Source: Phycisphaerales bacterium (lineage in GTDB: Bacteria > Planctomycetota > Phycisphaerae > Phycisphaerales > SM1A02). From it: a DNA stretch of 64,000 nucleotides. The stretch covers positions 94,748 through 158,747 of the forward strand of contig JAKVBT010000008.1 in the NCBI GenBank assembly GCA_022446905.1. Direction: 5' to 3'. Below the pieces are notes generated by a model. That model saw only the letters and a program-made list of their open reading frames with translations, did no database searches and had not been told where the DNA came from. This document shows, piece after piece, positions 8,274 through 16,823 of this stretch. How positions within the stretch are numbered: position 1 is the stretch's first letter; the number at the start of each line of letters is the position of its first letter. Position numbers and translations under genes: made by a program.

Positions 8274-9439
8274 TGGCCAAACAAGTTGCCTGCGGCGAAC
8301 ATGTGTTCTGCCTCGAAGAATTCCAAGGCCGCATCAACATCGGGGAAAATCTTGGTCGCGGTCTCTGTGATAAATGGCGAAGGCGCCTTGGACGGCTTCC
8401 AAACAACATAGACCTGTTTCGTATGCTCCCACGCGTGTTGCAACTCCCGTTCCACGCCGCTTGAGAGTCCTGGCATGCCACCAGGCAATTCAGGGACCAG
8501 CGACACGATCATGTCGCTCTGATCGATGAGCTTAAAATCTCGCATGTAAATTTGCCCATCAACATCCCCAGCGATGTCAAGCACCTCGCGCACACGAACT
8601 CGAAGTTCCTGCCCCTCACGCCCACCGTAGTGATGCGGGGTGACATCAATCCAATCCTCGCCCGACTTCGCTGCCTCAATCGCACGGTCGAGAAGCAACT
8701 TCTCGTCGACATCAGCAGGATCGAAAGTAATGAAGTGTTCGGCCAGCGCCGCTCGAAAACGAGCGATCTCATCCAATACATCTGGCATATCAACCACATG
8801 ACTCATCGGAAAGGATGGATACACCTTCAACATATCTGGACGTGTGACCAGGCGCAAGCAGGTCTCATGCGTATCGGCCTGCCGGCCCCGGCTCAAAATG
8901 TAGAACTGATCGGCACAGCCCATCGCGTTGGCGAGCAACTCCGTGGCAAGGATTTCCTCCTCACGCCAAACCATGCAGTCTTTGAGGGTGGCATCGATGT
9001 CATGCTCTTTATGCAACCGATGATGCACCATCTCGATATTGTCGAGCAGGCAGATGAACATGTTCGCCTGCAACTTAGCCATCTGATCGAAGTCAAATGC
9101 GCTGAACAGGCCATGTCGCCAACGGAAAGTCGCATGTGTATTGACAATAATGTCAGGGTGATCTTCAGCCGGTGTGGATTCTGAAATGATGTCCTTGAAT
9201 GCGGCCCGCCGTAAAGAAGCCAGACGACTGAGTGGGAGATCAAGAATCCGTCCGGGACGAATGTCAGGACCTTCTTGGTACATCATCTTGCCGACATTGA
9301 ACAGGTCGATATGCCCTCCTCGATGTCCTGCCAAGTCACAGACTTCTTGCAGATAGGGCTTCTTGTCAATGCCGATTTGTCCAGTGATGACCGCTCTCAT
9401 AGTGAGAAGGATACCAGCCCCCACCCAGAATCCCCACAA
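8270..9439 (-). CDS. hypothetical two-domain protein: archaeal adenylate-kinase-like N-terminal half with a degenerate P-loop, plus a nucleoside 2-deoxyribosyltransferase-like C-terminal half
   Basis: N-terminal half: VITGQIGIDKK (no GK[ST]), VNTHATFRWRHGLFSAFD, FICLLDNIEMVHHRL. C-terminal half: IDQSDMIVSLVPE...SSGVERELQHAW...KQVYVVW. The likely true start is MRAVITG, 13 codons in. Confidence 0.5.
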   Translation of the reverse strand: MWGFWVGAGILLTMRAVITGQIGIDKKPYLQEVCDLAGHRGGHIDLFNVGKMMYQEGPDIRPGRILDLPLSRLASLRRAAFKDIISESTPAEDHPDIIVNTHATFRWRHGLFSAFDFDQMAKLQANMFICLLDNIEMVHHRLHKEHDIDATLKDCMVWREEEILATELLANAMGCADQFYILSRGRQADTHETCLRLVTRPDMLKVYPSFPMSHVVDMPDVLDEIARFRAALAEHFITFDPADVDEKLLLDRAIEAAKSGEDWIDVTPHHYGGREGQELRVRVREVLDIAGDVDGQIYMRDFKLIDQSDMIVSLVPELPGGMPGLSSGVERELQHAWEHTKQVYVVWKPSKAPSPFITETATKIFPDVDAALEFFEAEHMFAAGNLFGH

Positions 9440-9453
9440 TTTGGCGCAGTTGG

Positions 9454-10110
9454 TCAGGCCGAGTGGCGATAGTGACGCAGCCAGGCCGCCTTGGCTCTTG
9501 GCGGCTCACGGCGGCCCGAGCGCCATCGTGCAAATCCAACGACCAGTACCGAAATCACGACCGCAAGTACCACAGCAGCAAAAATCCACTGGGCGGCTCC
9601 AAATGCGTCACGCGATGCGATGCCACGACCTATAAGAACTCCGACCCCGAATTGCATTGGCGCCGAAAATGCGACACAACTCCAAGTAGCCACAGCGAAC
9701 TTCCAGGTCTTCATATGCATCAGACCTGCCACTGTGATCGCTGCTGTGCGACTTCCTGGAATAAAGCGAGCTGCCACGATGACCCACACGCCTTTCTGGT
9801 CTATCTGATGCTTGGCTTGCAAGAGTCGCTTCGGATGCATGAAGCGACGGAAGAACCGACTGTGTAGTAGGCGTGTTCCAAACAAACTGCACCATGTAAA
9901 CCAGAGCACATCTGCCAAACCCACGCCAAGCCATGCCAGCAGCACCGTCGGTACCCATACACTGCTGCCAAGTAACTGCTCACCAACGATGACACCGGCT
10001 GGAATGATGATCAGATCTTCACCGATAGGAATGCCAAAACCACTGAGCAGAATCAACCCAAATACCACCCAGGGCAGGTACTCCGCGTATTGCTGAATGA
10101 ACTCGGTCAT
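9454..10110 (-). CDS. DedA/VTT-domain membrane protein
   Basis: GFGIPIGEDLIIIPAG..., FIPGSRTAAITVAG and multiple TM segments. Confidence 0.8.
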   Translation of the reverse strand: MTEFIQQYAEYLPWVVFGLILLSGFGIPIGEDLIIIPAGVIVGEQLLGSSVWVPTVLLAWLGVGLADVLWFTWCSLFGTRLLHSRFFRRFMHPKRLLQAKHQIDQKGVWVIVAARFIPGSRTAAITVAGLMHMKTWKFAVATWSCVAFSAPMQFGVGVLIGRGIASRDAFGAAQWIFAAVVLAVVISVLVVGFARWRSGRREPPRAKAAWLRHYRHSA

Positions 10111-10961
10111 GCAACTGCCTTGGACCGCTGAGATGGTGGCTTGGATACTTCTGTCAACCAGCGCATTGGCGCACGCGGCTTTCTCTTATGGGCAGCGCGA
10201 CGGTGCCGGCGAATAGACCAAATGACAAGCAGAACCACAAGCACGCCAAGACCGATCAAAATGGCATCACGCACATGACGATCGTGGATCGAGTCGCCAA
10301 GTCCCTTAGCAATCAACCAACCCAAGAATAGTTGCCAACCCACACTCTTCATAGCGCCAATGCACTCGCCAACAAGGAAGGGGCCCAGCGGCATGTGCGC
10401 CAAGCCCGCAGCAGTAATTGTTGGTGTGCGGGCTGCTGGAAGCACACGCCCCATAATGATGACCCACACCGCATGTTGATCCATGAGGTACTTAATTTCA
10501 AGAAGCCGTCTTGGATGGAACATCCGACGAAAAAAGCGGATACTGAGCAAGCGGTGCGCATAGCGGCGCACAATCAACATCCAGATCGTATCTGCAAGCA
10601 CAACACCTAGCCACGCGGCCAGAAGCGTGCCCCAAAGTGGAAGCACGCCACGCTCAATCAAGAATCCCGCTGGGATAATCAACAGTTCTTCACTCACCGG
10701 AATGCCCACCCCCGCAAGCATGATCACTCCAAAGAGCGCCCACGGACCATACTGCGCAAGACCCGCTTCCACTTTGAGTTCAATCTTGCCTTTGATTGAA
10801 TCCGGGTTCTTGACCAGTGCCGCGGAATCGTCCTTGGGCTTGCCCTGGTCCGCTGGCTTCGCAGCCATCACGTGTGACCACCCAAAAGTGATAACACAAG
10901 TCATCAGAAACATGGCAAGCACGCGCGATCGCATGAATCGGAGCCTAACAGGGACCGACAA
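10107..10961 (-). CDS. DedA/VTT-domain membrane protein with an N-terminal signal/extension
   Basis: GVGIPVSEELLIIPAGF and VLPAARTPTITAAG. Paralog of the downstream gene, with an ATGA overlap at 10107-10110. Confidence 0.75.
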   Translation of the reverse strand: MSVPVRLRFMRSRVLAMFLMTCVITFGWSHVMAAKPADQGKPKDDSAALVKNPDSIKGKIELKVEAGLAQYGPWALFGVIMLAGVGIPVSEELLIIPAGFLIERGVLPLWGTLLAAWLGVVLADTIWMLIVRRYAHRLLSIRFFRRMFHPRRLLEIKYLMDQHAVWVIIMGRVLPAARTPTITAAGLAHMPLGPFLVGECIGAMKSVGWQLFLGWLIAKGLGDSIHDRHVRDAILIGLGVLVVLLVIWSIRRHRRAAHKRKPRAPMRWLTEVSKPPSQRSKAVA

Positions 10962-10972
10962 GAAACTGGCGG

Positions 10973-12424
10973 TCAGAGAATCAACTGCTCAGAAGGTTTA
11001 AGGGAGTCCGGCAAAGGAAGTGACATCAGCTCATTTGCCGCCATGGCGGTCAATGGCGAAATCTCGATGGTCGCATCAACACTACCGTCCGCCTTGCGCG
11101 GAATCGAGACCCCAGCTTGCTCGAGCCACTGACCGTAGAGGTCGCTCTGCAATTGACGACTGGTCTGGGCCGAATCAAGCCCCGTCGCATTCTTAATGGG
11201 CGCGAACTCTTCAGCCCGGACAACTTCAAGAATCGCCGGTTGCTCGGCCTGGCCTAGAGCATCAAAAACGAAACGCTCCAATTTGACGGCATTTGGGGCC
11301 GTTGGTTGGATGTCCACTCCAGAATCCGGGCACACATGCGGCACCTTTTTCTCTGCTCGGTGCCAGGGAAGCGACTTCTCCCCACCCCTGGCGATGGACT
11401 GGGCAAAATCAACTCCAACAGCATGTACCGCGATGTTGCCCGCAGCGAAACGCAATCGGCCCTGTACATCTGTGGCTTGAGCTTGTTCGGATGTGAGATC
11501 AGAATATTCGACCACACCAATGCGATCGCCAATGCGGCAAAACACACCTACCTTTTCGTCAGGACCTGCTCGCTGCACCATCTTGCTCGAAAATTGTGCG
11601 GAGGATTGCGCAGGGTCCACATGCAGTCCAAGTAGAAGCGGATCAATCGCTCGAACAAGTGGATTATCTACTTGGAAGTAGGATAAGACCTCGACACCAC
11701 GCGCTTGCATCTGATCCAGAGCCCCACTCTGCTGCAGCGCTGCAAATGAACCGCCATGACCATCGGGACTCATGGCTACAACACCTGGCGACTCCAACAA
11801 AATGTGACCCGTGGTGGCGTCAAACGTCGGCATCATGCCCTGCTCAACCAACATGATCTGTGTGCGGTCAAGGCCAAAACATCGGTTGTCCAATAAGAAC
11901 TTGCGCGTGGACTCATTGTTCATCTCGCTGGTCATGATGTACCAGCGAATCAAGCAGCCGTATTGACGCTGGGCCGCAAGGAGTTGCTCAGCAAAAAGGC
12001 GAAAGAGGGGCTTCCCGGAGACTGGACTCGCTGGATACGTGCCCTTTGGACCATTCCACCCGAGGCGAGTTCCTTGACCACCAGCCACTGTAAAGGCCGC
12101 AACCTTCCCTTCAGCAATCAGCGACTCGCCACGCTCCAACGTGGCAGCCCGATCAATCAAGTCAGATCCCCGACCTTCTAGGGGCCCCCCAGCGGTCACA
12201 CAAGATGGGGCCGACAATGTTTCGGTCGTTGATGGGGGGCAATTGACTACAAACCGCTCCACCAAATCCGGCACCTGCTCCCAGTGAATAGATTCGAGGC
12301 GTTGGCAAAATGACACTGCAAGATCAGAAGGCAGCGACTCCGCATGTACGAGCAAGTGATTCTGCCCCGCAGCCTCGATGCGTGGCCGCAAGGCCTCCAA
12401 TCGGTTCATTACAGAGTCACTCAT
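10973..12424 (-). CDS. UDP-N-acetylhexosamine / UDP-sugar pyrophosphorylase, UDPGP (UAP1/QRI1-like) family
   Basis: AAFTVAGGQGTRLGWNGPKGTYP nucleotide-binding loop, LVEQGMMP, SPDGHGG, and a length of about 480 aa. The start is uncertain: 12424 (MSDSVM), 12409 (MNRLEAL), or the longest ORF to 12472. Confidence 0.75.
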   Translation of the reverse strand: MSDSVMNRLEALRPRIEAAGQNHLLVHAESLPSDLAVSFCQRLESIHWEQVPDLVERFVVNCPPSTTETLSAPSCVTAGGPLEGRGSDLIDRAATLERGESLIAEGKVAAFTVAGGQGTRLGWNGPKGTYPASPVSGKPLFRLFAEQLLAAQRQYGCLIRWYIMTSEMNNESTRKFLLDNRCFGLDRTQIMLVEQGMMPTFDATTGHILLESPGVVAMSPDGHGGSFAALQQSGALDQMQARGVEVLSYFQVDNPLVRAIDPLLLGLHVDPAQSSAQFSSKMVQRAGPDEKVGVFCRIGDRIGVVEYSDLTSEQAQATDVQGRLRFAAGNIAVHAVGVDFAQSIARGGEKSLPWHRAEKKVPHVCPDSGVDIQPTAPNAVKLERFVFDALGQAEQPAILEVVRAEEFAPIKNATGLDSAQTSRQLQSDLYGQWLEQAGVSIPRKADGSVDATIEISPLTAMAANELMSLPLPDSLKPSEQLIL

Positions 12425-13136
12425 CCGCTGGAAGTTCGGGCTGTGTCCAGCCGGTCGGCAGATGCCGCACAATTTTGCCCGATTGCAGATAGATCACCTG
12501 CTCACAAATGTTGGTGCAGTGATCAGCGATGCGCTCAGCAGAACGCACGACTTTGAGCAAATGCAGCGCCGATGCGACCGACACGCGGCCGTCTGCCAAC
12601 GCGGCGTGCGTACGCTCAACCAATTCCCTCTTGAACTGATCAACCGCATCGTCAAAACCGAGCACACGCTGGGCTAAATCAACATCGCGGCGACTCAGGG
12701 CGTCCACGGTGTCCCGCAACATTCCAACCACACTGTTGGTCATCACTTGGAAGGTATCAGGCCGTTCTGGATCATCTGCCGTAAGAACAGTCTCGGCAAT
12801 GTTGACAGCACAGTCTGCGATCCGCTCAAGTTCGTTGTTGACCTTCACAATCGTCAGAATCCACCGCAGGTCATGCTCGGATTCGGGCCTGAGCCGCATC
12901 AGACCGACGCAATCACGCTCGATCTGGACATCAACATGATCTACTGTGGCATCTGCTCGAATGACCTCTTCTGCAACCTCAGTACTGGTGGAGAAGTAAC
13001 TCTCCACACTTTGCAGGCACATGTCGGTGACTCGACGCCCCTGAGCCAACAGGTCGTTCAGGACGGACTCCAGACTTGTTTGAAACTCATCCATAGCGTC
13101 GACAGCCCGCGAGTATACGAGCGGCGTACGCCTCAT
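12417..13136 (-). CDS. phoU: phosphate signalling complex protein PhoU
   Basis: Two PhoU repeats with ELERIADCAVNIAE and SAERIADHCTNICEQVIYL. The true start may be MDEFQ at 13094. Confidence 0.85.
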   Translation of the reverse strand: MRRTPLVYSRAVDAMDEFQTSLESVLNDLLAQGRRVTDMCLQSVESYFSTSTEVAEEVIRADATVDHVDVQIERDCVGLMRLRPESEHDLRWILTIVKVNNELERIADCAVNIAETVLTADDPERPDTFQVMTNSVVGMLRDTVDALSRRDVDLAQRVLGFDDAVDQFKRELVERTHAALADGRVSVASALHLLKVVRSAERIADHCTNICEQVIYLQSGKIVRHLPTGWTQPELPADE

Positions 13137-13168
13137 CGGTCTAACAGGGCTACTATGACCAACTTCTC

Positions 13169-13912
13169 ATGGCGATTCTGAGTGTCAACATCGACCACGT
13201 GGCGACCGTTCGGCAGGCGCGACGCACATGGGAGCCCGATCCGGCCCAAGCTGCCATCGAGGCCCAACGGGGAGGTGCTGGTGGCATCACGGTCCACCTT
13301 CGGGAAGACCGACGCCATATCCAGGATGCAGATCTCCCTCGTATTCAAGAGGTGCTTGAAGTGCCGTTTAACTTTGAAATGGCCGCCACTGACGAGATGG
13401 TCGCGCTGGCCACGCAGATCGCACCCCAGTCAGCGATGCTCGTACCCGAAGGACGCCAAGAGATCACGACCGAAGGTGGGCTCGATGTTGCTGGACAACG
13501 CCATCGACTCCGTGACATCATCCGGCAGTTTGATGATTTCGGCATTCCGACAAGCGCCTTTATTGATGCCCAGAATGACCAGATCGATGCTGCCGCGGAG
13601 TGCGGGTTTCGTGTTTGTGAGATTCACACCGGCCCCTGGGCCGAGGCTGTGGGCCAGTCCGGGGTATTGGATTCAGAAGAAGCCATGGCGCAGCTGGAAC
13701 TGGTGGCCCGAGCAGGACGCCGAGTCATCAACGCAGGGATGCGATTCAACGCCGGGCATGCCCTGAACTACCTGAACATCACCCCAGTAGCCGCCCTCGA
13801 TGGGCTGTGCGAACTCCACATCGGACACTCGATCGTGGCGCGATCGCTCAGTTGTGGCGTCGAGAAAGCCGTGCGAGAAATGTCTACCTTGATTGAACGG
13901 GCCGCCCCATGA
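13169..13912 (+). CDS. pdxJ: pyridoxine 5'-phosphate synthase
   Basis: LSVNIDHVATVRQARR, GITVHLREDRRHI, EIHTG, NAGH. Confidence 0.92.
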   Translation: MAILSVNIDHVATVRQARRTWEPDPAQAAIEAQRGGAGGITVHLREDRRHIQDADLPRIQEVLEVPFNFEMAATDEMVALATQIAPQSAMLVPEGRQEITTEGGLDVAGQRHRLRDIIRQFDDFGIPTSAFIDAQNDQIDAAAECGFRVCEIHTGPWAEAVGQSGVLDSEEAMAQLELVARAGRRVINAGMRFNAGHALNYLNITPVAALDGLCELHIGHSIVARSLSCGVEKAVREMSTLIERAAP

Positions 13913-14445
13913 GCACTGACCTCACGAACACCTCCCTGCCCTATCGAATCGCCGTGTTGTGCTATCTCCGCGATTCCGAGAGCAGAATGCTGATGCTGCA
14001 CCGGGCCAAGCCGCCAAATAAGGGGATGTACTCACCCATCGGAGGCAAACTCGAACCTGCCACTGGCGAAAGCCCTCACGGATGTGCCATTCGGGAAACC
14101 TTTGAAGAAACCGGAATCGTCGTCGCTCCGGGCGAGATTCGACTGATGGGCATGGTTTCTGAAACGGCCTATGAAGGCGAATGCCACTGGCTACTCTTTC
14201 TGTTTGAAGTCACTCGAGCGATCGCACATGATGAGATCGCCAACTACGAGATGAACGAAGGAACTCTTGAGTGGCTCAAACGGACAGAAATTGATCAGTT
14301 AACTTTGCCAACAACCGACCGTGACATCATTTGGCCCCTCATCAATCAATACGAGGGCGGGTACTTCGCCTGTCATATCGACTGTCGCACCGAACCGATG
14401 ACCTGGAATGTGCTTGAGGGATGGGCATCAACAAACACATCGTGA
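13909..14445 (+). CDS. NUDIX hydrolase
   Basis: Nudix box GGKLEPATGESPHGCAIRETFEETGI. ATGA overlap with pdxJ. Confidence 0.8.
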   Translation: MSTDLTNTSLPYRIAVLCYLRDSESRMLMLHRAKPPNKGMYSPIGGKLEPATGESPHGCAIRETFEETGIVVAPGEIRLMGMVSETAYEGECHWLLFLFEVTRAIAHDEIANYEMNEGTLEWLKRTEIDQLTLPTTDRDIIWPLINQYEGGYFACHIDCRTEPMTWNVLEGWASTNTS

Positions 14446-14469
14446 GAATCGACAGCCGGTTGAATCGCC

Positions 14470-15831
14470 TCAGAGCTCGGCGACTTTTCTGACTCGTTCA
14501 ATTAATGAAATAGCAGTCGCTTCATCGCTGGCCTCAACAATAATGCGCGCAATTGGCTCGGTATTGCTCGGCCGGACATGTGCCCAGCCCGACTCGAAAT
14601 CAATGCGAACGCCATCTGAGTCATTGATACGCGCGTCACTAAACCCACTCCTTAGCCGGCTGAGGGCTGGATCTAGATCGGAACGATCACGCAACGGCAA
14701 TTTGTCTTTCAGAATGACGTACGACGGCAATGAATCGACCAGCGCAGATAATGTCTTGTCCTCACGACGCATCAAATCGAGCACAAGAACCATCGCTGTT
14801 AGAGAGTCGCGAATCCATGTGACCGCTGGAAGCATGACGCCCCCATTTCCCTCTCCGCCGATTGGGGCCCCTTCTGCACGCATCATTGACGCGACATTTG
14901 CTTCTCCAACCGCACTGCGGTGTACCGTCGCGCCAAATCGATCTGCCAGATCATCAATCATCCGGCTTGTCGATAAGTTGGCCACAAGGGCAATCTCAGG
15001 ATGATCCAGCAGCATGCGCCACACTGAAAGCACCAAGGTGTATTCCTCGCCGATGTAACGACCTTGCTCATCTACCAATGCCAATCGGTCCGCATCAGGG
15101 TCTTGTGCGCAGCCGATATCAGCACCCGATGCCACAACCGCTTCGCACAGACCGCTCAAATTCGCTGCAATCGGCTCTGGCTCATGCCAAAAATGTCCTG
15201 TTGGCTCACTACCAAGATGTTCCACCTGACAATTGATCGATTCCAGCAGCCGCCGCCCCCCCTCGCAGCCTGCACCATTGATTGAGTCAAGAACAACGTG
15301 ATATGACTTGTCTGCCAGAAGGACAGGCTCAATCTGCCCAAGCACTTTGGCAATGTGTGTGTCTGTGGCTCGGGCTTCAACAACCACCTCACCTGGATCC
15401 ATCGCCTCAGGTCGATCCCCTGCCTGAAATGCTGCGATAATCTCAGCTGCCAACTCTGGCTGCGGCGCCATGCCGTTGTGGTCGAGCAGTTTGAGACCGT
15501 TCCATGGCGTTGGGTTGTGTGAAGCTGTCACGACAACACCCCCAGTGGCAGACATTGAGTTGATCATCACGCCGACTGTTGGCGTTGCCACGATGCCCAA
15601 ATCGACAACTTTGCATCCGGCTCGAGACAAGCCTTCCGCAGCTGCTGTCAGCAGATCCCCACCGGACGGCCGGCTGTCACGCCCCAAACAGACCAATGGT
15701 CGTTGATCTGACACATCGACCAAATGCGCGCCCCAGCAGGCTGCAAACCGGCGTGCAACGTGAGTGGTCATGGTCTGGCCGACAATGCCACGAGCTCCAG
15801 ATACCCCAAGCATTAGCGGCGCATCGCTCAT
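14470..15831 (-). CDS. glmM: phosphohexomutase (phosphoglucosamine mutase / phosphomannomutase family)
   Basis: Phosphoserine loop VVVTASHNPTPWNGLK, metal loop GCAQDPDADRLALVD, sugar loop GEEY. Confidence 0.8.
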   Translation of the reverse strand: MSDAPLMLGVSGARGIVGQTMTTHVARRFAACWGAHLVDVSDQRPLVCLGRDSRPSGGDLLTAAAEGLSRAGCKVVDLGIVATPTVGVMINSMSATGGVVVTASHNPTPWNGLKLLDHNGMAPQPELAAEIIAAFQAGDRPEAMDPGEVVVEARATDTHIAKVLGQIEPVLLADKSYHVVLDSINGAGCEGGRRLLESINCQVEHLGSEPTGHFWHEPEPIAANLSGLCEAVVASGADIGCAQDPDADRLALVDEQGRYIGEEYTLVLSVWRMLLDHPEIALVANLSTSRMIDDLADRFGATVHRSAVGEANVASMMRAEGAPIGGEGNGGVMLPAVTWIRDSLTAMVLVLDLMRREDKTLSALVDSLPSYVILKDKLPLRDRSDLDPALSRLRSGFSDARINDSDGVRIDFESGWAHVRPSNTEPIARIIVEASDEATAISLIERVRKVAEL

Positions 15832-16202
15832 TGTGTGAGTTCCATGCGATAGGTTGCTTCACAACCAGGTGCTTCAGTCACACTCACCGCCAGGCGTTCG
15901 ATATTTCCTGAGACTTTGTTTGAGACGGCCTTTGCAATGTGCTCGGCTACACACTCAGCTGTCGGGTTAATCTTGTCGAAGGGGGCTGTGTCGTTCAATG
16001 TCGTGTTGTGCATCGGAGCGAGCACGGCATCAACATGTTGCTCAAGCACATGAAAATCACAAAGAAGCCCCTCGGCATCAAGGCATGAGCCCTCCACCAC
16101 TAGCCGGACACGCCAATCATGTCCATGCATCGTCTCGCGCACACCGCCAATGATGATGGCGTGAGCCGCTGAGAAGACACGTTCAATCTGAAGCCCGTAC
16201 AT
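15828..16202 (-). CDS. queD: 6-carboxy-5,6,7,8-tetrahydropterin synthase
   Basis: 124-aa PTPS-fold protein with FSAAHAI...HGHDWRV. ATGA overlap with glmM. Confidence 0.8.
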   Translation of the reverse strand: MYGLQIERVFSAAHAIIIGGVRETMHGHDWRVRLVVEGSCLDAEGLLCDFHVLEQHVDAVLAPMHNTTLNDTAPFDKINPTAECVAEHIAKAVSNKVSGNIERLAVSVTEAPGCEATYRMELTQ

Positions 16203-16247
16203 CAGCGGCGCAGGGTAGCGACAGTCTGGCCTTGCTGGCGGCCGAAG

Positions 16248-16823
16248 TCATTCAGCCCACGCTACACGTCGCGGAATCGCTGATCCCACGAATCGCATGT
16301 CCTCAATGCCCCCCCCGCCAAGATCTGTCCCGCTGACATCATCACCATTCATACACAGATCAATGGTGGCAGATGTAAGCCATCGACCATCTGAAAACCT
16401 CAGGCGAAACGGGGCGATTGGATCGACACCGACCTCCGGAATTTGGTCAATTCCCTCAAGCAGTAGCCAACTGTTTCCCCCCTCTTCCCAACGCAAGCTT
16501 GATGTTGCAGAGTCCCAAGAAATCTTGACCCAGGATTCATCAGGCATCTGTACCTCAAGAAAGTCCGACTCAACTACTGCATCAGTCGGGCCTGCTGGAA
16601 CTGGAAGAAAGTCTATCCCACTGCGAATCAGTACCTGTGTCCGCTCCACGACCAATCGACCAGAGACACTGGCGGAAACTGAATCGGCTGTCCGGCGGTA
16701 CCCCTCAAAGCTGGTGACGAGCGCCCCAAGCACGGCCGCCATCAACGCTGCACTGATCGCAAGTGCAATGAGCACCTCGATGGTGGTAAAACCTCGCCCT
16801 TGACGATTGCGCATCAACATCAC
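16248..16823 (-). CDS. prepilin-type N-terminal cleavage/methylation domain protein (minor pseudopilin)
   Basis: N-terminus RQGRG|FTTIEVLIALAISAALMAAV, i.e. a G-F cleavage site with Glu at +5. Confidence 0.7.
   Translation of the reverse strand: MMLMRNRQGRGFTTIEVLIALAISAALMAAVLGALVTSFEGYRRTADSVSASVSGRLVVERTQVLIRSGIDFLPVPAGPTDAVVESDFLEVQMPDESWVKISWDSATSSLRWEEGGNSWLLLEGIDQIPEVGVDPIAPFRLRFSDGRWLTSATIDLCMNGDDVSGTDLGGGGIEDMRFVGSAIPRRVAWAE

Noticed and set aside
16203-16247. Possible preQ1 riboswitch upstream of queD
   Set aside because: The 45-nt spacer does not contain the preQ1-I consensus as I remember it, and queD appears to be read through from the pseudopilin operon.
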